A DNA stretch of 64,000 bases from assembly GCF_009914755.1 (NCBI RefSeq), contig NC_060947.1; one strand, 5' to 3'. The notes beneath the pieces were generated by a model. It saw only the letters and a list, made by a program, of their open reading frames with translations. It ran no database searches and was not told the DNA's origin. The stretch comes from the human T2T-CHM13v2.0 reference genome, Homo sapiens. Of the stretch, positions 55,051 through 64,000 are shown piece by piece (position 1 is the stretch's first letter; every line of letters begins with the position of its first letter). The position numbers were made by a program, and so were the translations under genes.

Positions 55051-56875
55051 GCATGAAAACCAACCTGATTAGTCTCAGAGTTGCAATTAATATTCATTTT
55101 TTCCTCCACTGTACAAATGTAGACTCCCCTCAGCTACTATACCTTCTAACCTTGATGGCTTCTCTTGCAGTGTGAATTTGACTCTCATCCCTGAGTGATC
55201 TGAGTCCCTAGTCATCATATTGTCTCATGCTTAACTCCTGCCCTTGTCTATTCAATATTACAATGGAGCAAGTGGTGTGCCAAGAGATGCCCCAGTTGAT
55301 TATCTGGGTTTCATAAGTATTCACCCTGTTACCATTGTGTAACAACAACCCAACCTCTTCCTGCCAATAAGTCAGTGAGTCCTACCAAGATGATGACTCC
55401 TTTTTTCTCTTGTGGTCCAAGGACATAAAGAGTCTCAAGTTCTCTAGTGGTAGTTGTCACTTGTAATTCAATGTTACGCTTGCTGTATCCCCTGGTAAAA
55501 GTGTGCTGCCTTTGGTGACAAGCATCTCTATTCTAACTCTATTGAGCCTACAGTTCCAGGGACAGGAAGAACAAAGTCTCCCATTGTAAGACAGGGAGTA
55601 ATAGAAAATGGAATCATCCTAGCTTTCACCCATTGGTTTTCAGATTATGTATTCATCCTGTAGGGTTATAGCACCATATATAAGTCTTTTATTTAATTTA
55701 TACACTGTATCCTAGAAAAGGGAACCCCATCCTCAAAGAGAATTCCCTCGAAGCTGGCACTTCAGCTGTGCCTTCAGTAGGCCTTACAGACAGTCTATCA
55801 GGCTGGAAATTTCTGAAAAGCACAATATCTGAAACAGTCAGTGGAACCCATGGTTTTATTTTTTGAGATGTTTTATTGGATCCAATTTTAATGGATCCTT
55901 TTATAAGCCCTCAGATAGTGGTGCTGGCTGAGGCTCTGCAGGCAAGAAAGGAAAACCCATACCTGATATACCCATCTATTTCTAACAAGAAAGCACTGGC
56001 CCTTCCAAGATGGAAGAGACCGACTTGCCACCCTCATGGCCAATTTGCATTTTCAAGGACAGGTTCTATATTGAGGGCTCAGTGTTGTCCTTTGTTTCTG
56101 GCCAATTGAATATTTGACAGCAGCAATCAGCCTTGGTGAATGGGAACCCATGTTGTTTGGTCCATGTGTGGTCTCATTTTTTGCCTCCATGTGCTCACTA
56201 TGCCAGTTCCAGAGTAGCCAATGTCAAAAACAAGTTAATGTCAAATGACTGAGTCATTCTATATATTTGGCAGTTCAGTGTCTCTCCCATAGTAGATGTT
56301 TTCTGGTAAGTGTTAACATGTGAAACAAAGATTCTCACATGTTGTACCCACTCAATTATGTCCATCCACATGGCTTTACCCCAGAGTTCTTTATTTCAGT
56401 CCTTTCTATTTTTTTTTCATGCCCCTACCAGCCAGACAAGCCATTTGCTGCTGCTCATGAGTCTGTATATGTATTCTAAACCCTGGCCTCTTCTCCTTCC
56501 ACAAAAGGTGGACAACCTAGTGCACTGCCTGAAGCTGCTCATCGGAAAAATTGTTTATCACCAGTTTTTCCTGGCCATCCCTGAATAAGATTGTATTGCA
56601 ACTGTCATCCATTTTTTGTTTGCACTCATCTACCCAGCTGACTAATCTTTAAACAAAGTTTGAACCTTTTCACAACTCCCGCATCAGCCGGTCATCTGAG
56701 CCCCCAGATGTGGCCATAGGCATGGCTGAGGCAAGGGAAAGGATGATGGTGCAAATGTGGTAGATGATTCTGGCGTCTGGGCTACTGGTTCATGTAGTTT
56801 GCTGGTATCCTTTGGTCTTCCTTGTACTTATCTCAGATGTGGCACTTCTACTCTATGATGGGTTCATTCTACATC

Positions 56876-57118
56876 CTTATGATTTCATCCTCTCACCATT
56901 ACCAATCAGCAACCCCAGTCTTCTCGTCTCTTGCCTGCCATCATTCCCTTAAAAACTTTACCCCTTAACCCTTCAGGGAGATGGATTTGAGGGTTCCTTC
57001 TGTCTCCTCATCCAGCTACCTAATGATTATTAAACTCTTTCTCTGCTGCAACTCCTGCTGTTTCAGTGTATTGATATGTTATGGTACAGCAGGCAAATGA
57101 TCCTGGTGGTCCCATAAC
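56876..57118 (+). mobile_element. ERV1 (MER4-group) LTR 3' fragment within the ERV-L fossil
   Basis: ccaatcagc...cccttaaaaac...agggagatggatttgag...ATTAAActctttctctgctgcaa...ends taaca; exact family uncertain. Confidence 0.65.
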
Positions 57119-57917
57119 ACAGGCATACTGCTTTTCTTGTGGTAACGGGAACAAGTGCAACAGTATGACTTTTCCTTCAGTGAGGTCTCAGCACATTTCT
57201 GAAACCAGGACCCCTGAAAACTATACTGATTCAGCAGACTCCCGAATCTTTCAGTATTTACCTTTTACCTCTTGGAGTGGAATGCATGTGTCTTACCAAG
57301 TTCTCCATCATGCTAACCATCCCTTGCTGATGTGGCCCAATTAGCATGAAGTCATTGGCTTAAAGGATCTATGTGATTTTCTGCAGTATTTGCAGATGGT
57401 TCAGATCTCTTCAGACTACTTTATAACAAAGGGTCAGAGATTTAGCATAGCCCCATGGAAAAACTGAAAATGTGTGCTAATTTTCATCCTTGAGAACATG
57501 AACTGATTTTGATCCTCTTTGATTGGGATATACAAGAAAGAATTTGCCAAATTGGAGGCCACATATTAATCTCTTCTGACAGACATTTCATATCTAGCAC
57601 AATGGCTGTAGTTTGAGCTATCACTTAAATGAATTTGTGGTAGTCTCTAGTTACTATCAGTATTTATTACATTTCTGTAGGGACTAAACTGGTGGATTAA
57701 ATGGAGATATAATGGGAACTACCACCTCTGCATCTTTCAGGTCTTTAATAGTGGTGATAACTTCAGCTACTCCCCAAAAGTAATACTGGCTTGAATTTAC
57801 TATCTTTGCCTGAGGTGACAGGGGGTGGAATGAGGCAGCTCTTATCTTATAGTCCAAGGACCCAAGTATGTGAGTTATTCCAAATGCCAAGTATGCCAAT
57901 CCAATTATACATTTGAG

Positions 57918-58885
57918 TGTAGGGAAAAGAAAGAGAGATCAGATTGTTGCTGTGTCTGTGTAGAAAGAAGTAGACATAGGAGACTCCATTTTGTTGTGTA
58001 CTAAGAGAAATTCTTCTGCCTTGAGATGCTGTTAATCTGTAACCTTACCCCCAACCCTGTGCTCCCTGAAACATGTGCTGTGTCAACTCAGGGTTAAATG
58101 GATTAAGGGCTGTGCAGGATGTGCTTTGTTAAACAAATGCTTGAAGGCAGCATGCTCGTTAAGGGTCATCACCACTCCCTAATCTCAAGTACCCAGGGAC
58201 ACAAACACTGCGGAAGGCCTCAGGGACCTCTGCGTAGGAAAGCCAGGTATTGTCCAAGGTTTCTCCCCATGTGATAGTCTGAAATATGGCCTCGTGGGAA
58301 GGGAAAGACCTGACCATCCCCCAGCCTGACACCCGTAAAGGGTCTGTGCTGAGGAGGATTAGTAAAAGAGGAAGGAACGCCTCTTTGCAGTTGAGACAAG
58401 AGGAAGGCATCTATCTCCTGCCCGTCCCTGGGCAATGGAATGCCTTGGTATAAAACCCGATTGTATGTCCCGTCTACTGAGATAGGGGAAAAACCGCCTT
58501 AGGGCTGGAGGTGGGACAGGCGGGCAGCAATACTGCTCTTTAAGGCATTGAGATGTTTATGTGTATGCATATCTAAAGCACAGCACTTAATTCTTTACCT
58601 TGTTCATGATGCAGAGACCTTTGTTCACGTGTTTATCTGCTGACCTTCTCTCCGCTATTATCCTATGACCCTGCCACATCCCCCTCTCCGAGAAACTCCC
58701 AAGAATGATCAATAAATACTAAGGAACTCAGAGGCCGGCGGGATCCTCCATATGCTGAACGCCGGTCCCCTGGGCCCCCTTTTTTCTTTCTCTATACTTT
58801 GTCTCTGTGTCTCTTTCTTTTCCAAGTCTCTCGTTCCACCTAACGAGAAACACCCATAGGTGTGAAGGGGCAACCCACCCCTTCA
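57918..58885 (+). mobile_element. HERV-K(HML-2) solo LTR5, older variant than the 20-kb copy
   Basis: 968 bp; tgtagggaaaagaaagagag...ccccttca; TATAAAA 58449-58455; AATAAA 58711-58716; perfect 6-bp TSD tttgag (57912-57917, 58886-58891); no PBS. Confidence 0.96.
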
Positions 58886-60569
58886 TTTGAGACCAGGGAA
58901 GTAACCATTAGGTGGTTTCATGGACCCAGTAAATCCATAGTAAGCCAAACCTTGGCCAGATTTTTGTTTATTATCTGGCCTCCAATATGCCTCCACCCTA
59001 ACAGAGGAGTCATAGCTTTTGCTTACATCCTGTTTCCCAGAATTGAGCCATATAGCTACTCCTAGCTGCAAGAAAAGTTGTGAATGTGAATATTTTAATA
59101 TTATGAGTAGTTGGGCAAATTACCAACCCAAACACAATCTGAGCTCTGTAAGTAAGGAAAAAGTGGAAAATAGATGCTGTGTAGGTAGCTAGCTTGTCTG
59201 CAACAGCAATGCCTATTGGATCCAAGAGGTTTTTTTTTATATGCCATATTCCTTTTATACTTAAATAACCAGTTTAGGAAAATTAGAGCAATATTCATTA
59301 TTATTCCATTTAAGGTAATGTTTACAAAATACTGAAGTCTCCTAGTGTTAGTGAGGTTATTCCCTTAAAATCAGTGCCTATGTGACTCTGAACAATGTCT
59401 GTCTCCAGCTTTCCATTGTTCCAGAATCACATTTTCCCCAAATTAATATGAATTGCTAAGAACATTTTCTATTTTGTTATATCTATAAGGGAGAGAGAGA
59501 CAGCCAATTTTTTATTAGTCTCAAATTATATTCATCCCACTTTTTTGGTGGTAAAATTACCTCTTATGAAGTGACGATGATTATAACTTATAATTAAATA
59601 ATAATTTATTTAATATCCTTATTTGGAAAAATTAATTTCCAAATATATATAACACCTGAACTTAACCCTTAAAAGTAAAGGAAAGATAATGCAGACCTCA
59701 AGTAAATTATCTTAATGTCAGATAATATACAAATGTCTGAGTCCAGAAGAACATAATAAAGTCTCCTTTACTTTCGATTTAACTGTATGTTTCAAATCAT
59801 TTGAGGCACATCATAAAAATTGTCTCTTCTTTATCATTTTACCCGTGCCAAGTTTCCTAATGGACACAAGTTCTTCATTCTACTCTTTTAAATTACCCCA
59901 CTTAATCAACTCTTTTCAATTGGAAGGAAACCTCTTCCTTTTAAAATCACCCTATCTCATTTCTTTCTCGTGTGGCCACTTAGATTTGGTGATTCTTCCT
60001 CTTGTCCTGTGAAAAAGGTTATCGAGCATTGAGTATTTTGATCCTTAGACACCTGATAGATTGCTTAGTATATTAGAAAAGGGGGAGGTTTAGATTCTGA
60101 AGGATAAATTGGAGAACTTTAAAAGAAGCTATTACCTTTCTCTGCCTTCAGGGTATAATATCTAAAAAAAAATCAGATATTGTACACTGCAAAGATCAAA
60201 CTGCTCTTAGCACTTTCACTATGCATTATAAAGCTAAAATAATCTCTAGTTCTTTTTTAGCATGGAGGTACAGGACCAGAGAACAACTTTAGTTATTCTG
60301 GCCTAGATATGCTTTGTATCTCCAGAAGAAATGCAAGAAAAAAGAAAAAATATGTATCCCATTACACTTATATCACTCCCTGTCTCAAATTGATTTTTGA
60401 AATTTGGTGAGTATAGTGAACTCTAGGTGTACAATAGTAAAATTATAGCAGACTTGTACCATGTAGTTAAAATCATCTCTTACATCTAAATGCCACTTTA
60501 AAGTTAGTAAAGACCTGTTTTTATCCATTACTCCATTTGATTTTCTTTAATCTCTTATGAAGGTAACTG

Positions 60570-60950
60570 AGCAAGATAGTCATTAGTACTGATCACACAT
60601 ATTTAAGCTGTCTCTCCCCTTTGGCACATAGGAAGATTGCCCTTCTCTCTGCCTACTTCAAGTTAGGTGTAATCATATGACTTGCTTTGAAAGGTGAGCA
60701 GATGTGTCATTTCCAAGGAAAAGCATTGAGAGGCAGTCCATGCTTTTCCACATTTTTTTATTCCCTCTGTCAGGGCAACCGGCAATGCTAAGTCTGTGTC
60801 CCAGAGTGAGAATGAAAATTCAGAGCAAAGTCCCCAGACTACCCACAATGAACATATAGTGTGAATGAAAAATAAACCTTTTTGTTGTTTTAAGTCATTA
60901 AGACTTTGGAGTTATTCATTACAGCAGCATAAGCTTGCTTAACTTGCAAG
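60570..60950 (+). mobile_element. Old MaLR LTR (MLT1I/H-like)
   Basis: aagttaggtgtaatcatatgacttgctttg...aataaacctttttgttgttttaag...ttacagcagcataa. Confidence 0.7.
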
Positions 60951-61107
60951 ATTGAAGTGGCTTTAATCTTAACAATATATTGTTTGTTTGCAAAGAATGG
61001 AAACCCATTCAAACTAGCTTGAGAAAAGTGGGCTACAAAGGTATCACATTAAACCCAAGTGTAGGAAACATGACCAAGCCTTGTGGAACCAACCACATAT
61101 TTGATGA

Positions 61108-61130
61108 TCTCTTTCTTCTCCTCTATTCTG

Positions 61131-61181
<51 letters not shown>

Positions 61182-61233
61182 TGTCTGCCTGTCTCTTTCT
61201 CACTCTTACTTTCTCTTTCACACACACACAAAC
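61108..61233. repeat. (TC)n-rich polypyrimidine tract followed by (CA)n
   Basis: Direct reading; it accounts for the low-complexity ORFs at 60980-61321. Confidence 0.9.
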
Positions 61234-62085
61234 ACCTTAAACCCCAAGTGCACATGATCGAATTTCTAGAAAAGAGAAGCTGATTGCCTAAGCTTGGATT
61301 AAGTGTCCTTCCCTGTATCATTCAGCTGTGACCAAAGCACAAGGTCATGTGGCAAGCAAGCTGCTCACTTTCTGCAATAGCCAAGGCATATTCCGTAAGA
61401 AGAGAGAATAGACAGAGTGAAATGATAGACATTTTTAGTCCACCAGTCAAAATTAGTTGGCTTCAGAGCCAGAAATAGAACTCAGGTGTTCCGACTTGTA
61501 GTTCAGGGCTTTTTATCTACCACACCGTTTGCTGAAGCTTCACACTTTTGTATTTGGAAGAAATGATTGGACCTAAACTCTATCTGAACCCATGTAATGA
61601 TAACACTTTTTATAACAGGGCACTACTGTTATTTTCATTTAAAAAATATATATAGTGATGCAAAAATAGACTGGTATCTCATAGAAGATATCCAGCTTTC
61701 ATTGGATAATAAGTCAAAACCTCCTTGAATTTATAATTCTATATTTATTGTGCCTTAGTTTGTTGTCTTCTTTCAATGTTTCTGTATTGAATGATCTTTG
61801 TCCTAAATCTATCTAAAAAAATACAAAAAAGTCTTTGATTTTCTTCTCAAAGTTTCAGAGTTAGATGTATTCTTTATCCAGATTTTTTGGGCTCAATTTT
61901 TATTTTCCCTAATTTAACATTAACTTTTTAACTATTAGTGTTCCTTAAAAAACCTTGTAACAGCATGAAAATCAACTTATAACTTGAGTAACTTGTATTT
62001 CTCCCAAATTAATAAATATGTTATTTTTATGTCATCTGTGATGTTACTCTCACTATATGCATGGTGTACATAAATTCAACATTTA

Positions 62086-62448
<363 letters not shown>

Positions 62449-62724
62449 AAAAGAGCAGTGACAGCTTGGTTACGGTTCTGTGAATTGAAATGCTAGGCTT
62501 CCCTTAGGGTTAGTTCCTCCATAAGAAAGATGATAATTCTTCTATCCTCTACAAAGAAGTAAAATATTTATCTTCTCTCTTCACTCTTCCCTGCCTCACC
62601 TATCACACACATTTCTGTACCTGATTATGGTGTTCTCCCTTGCCACTAATACTTGGGCCATGTTTCTGAAATCCAGAGCTTAAAGTTATCCAGAAAACTG
62701 CTTAATGTAAAGCTTGCTTAGGGT

Positions 62725-62960
62725 GCAGCATGCTGTAGTAGAAAAAGCTCAAACCAGACTTGAGAAAGCTAGATTCTAGTCCTAGCTTTGTTCTTTAAGA
62801 ATGGCAAACTTTCTGCAAGTCATATACACTCTGAGCTTCCATTTCCTCATCTGGAAAAGATATATTATAAATACTGTTCTACTCACCTCTCAGGCACACT
62901 GAAGGCTCAAAGGAGATGTATGTGACAATTTGTTTAGAACTGAGAAAAAATATACTAATG
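62725..62960 (+). mobile_element. MIR SINE
   Basis: gcagcatgctgtagtagaaaaagc...gattctagtcctagctttg...tttcctcatctggaaaa. Confidence 0.7.
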
Positions 62961-64000
62961 TAATACACCATTAACAATATTTTCTATAAGAATCTCTATC
63001 TCTTACAGTCTCTCCGAAATTGACATTAGAAGAGAAAATTTAAGAATAATCTTAAATAGAAGACAAGCAATCCCTTATTTAACAACATCTGTGTCATAAA
63101 TGTTTCATATATGTTGTTTGCCACAGTTCTTCCAACTGTTTCTGTCAATGTAAAAACAACTGGAAATTTCAGACAACCTAAAGTTTACAAATAGAAGAAG
63201 GCAAGATGCTGTTTAATAAAATAAATCACTTCAAGACCCAATGATAGATTTAATAGTCATGTCCTTTAGCAGATGCCCAAATCCTAAAATTCACATGACC
63301 CTTAGATTTTTTTCACTGCTAGAAATCCTACCAATTATAGACTCCATTGCATTAATATGCATCTTCTTTGAAAATGCACGAAAATGCATGTTAATCTCTG
63401 CTTTATAAGGATGCAGATTTTGGTTGAGGTGCAGAGGTAGGTATTTTTGTGGCCAGTAATACTTTGTGGGAATGTAGACCTGAGCGATTTTCTCTGGTAG
63501 GGGATTAAGGAAGCATGCAGGTATTGGGCTCCAAGCCCAAGGAATAGGAGAAAAGTAGTAGGAGGGTAATAAAGATAATCTTCATCTATTTTTAATGAAA
63601 AAGTAACTAATGATAGCCCTGTAACTTACAATAGAAGAAATACTCTCCTTTCACTTCCTTCTCCTCTGTCTTCTGCTTTCAACACATGAGCCCTGTATTA
63701 GGGATACAACTATTACATGGTTTCTAATATCTAGGAGCTTCCTTACCTCAACCCTACATTTCAGGAATACAGCCCTCAGTATCCAGAAATCAGGCAGAGA
63801 CATTAGATCTAGAGTTACATTTCTGACCATAGTTTACTTTCCATGCTACCTTTTATATCAATACCCTTAGATCAATCAATCTGGAGCCTCTTAGATCAAT
63901 ATGCTTCTCTATTATCATCCCCTGACGTGTATATGGGAAGGATGGAAGTGGAGGGGAAGGAAAATATTGGGTCTCACCAAGGGTTACATGTATATGAGGC

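Larger units (their letters stand above)
55060..59065 (-). mobile_element. Decayed ERV-L-class internal region (protease, RT, integrase remnants; HERV16/ERVL-E-like)
   Basis: ORF 57684-57899 (AKIVNSSQYYFWGVAEVITTIKDLKDAEVVVPIISPFNPPV) resembles the ERV-L RT N-terminus; VRVEAY at about 58985-59005 and KCIIG across the LTR5 junction resemble ERV-L protease; GLLKAQLKCQL at about 55751-55783 resembles ERV-L integrase. Many stops and frameshifts. Confidence 0.85.

Overview
This window is primate, almost certainly human or great-ape, repeat-rich non-coding DNA. I found no supportable host protein-coding gene, RNA gene or CRISPR array, and I cannot name the locus. Nearly all ORFs in the track lie inside retroelements or are chance ORFs. 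Main contents: an SVA (6454-7911, -); two HERV-K(HML-2) solo LTR5s in opposite orientation (20226-21194 - and 57918-58885 +); a full-length decayed L1PB1-like element carrying an AluY (40824-47476, -); several truncated L1s; a decayed ERV-L pro/pol fossil (about 55060-59065, -) that hosts the second LTR5; THE1/MLT LTRs, Alus, MIR/L2 and MER DNA-transposon relics. I see no evidence of a genuinely new biological system. The best leads are: two LTR5s that differ at the OCT4 octamer position; three HML-2-LTR-derived copies forming recombination substrates; a poly(A)-less patchwork L1 insertion; an SVA with a microhomology deletion; and a strong minus-strand retroelement bias plus + strand exon candidates, which hints at an intronic location. 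Subfamily calls come from recalled consensus sequences and need RepeatMasker/Dfam confirmation. Boundaries of old elements are approximate.
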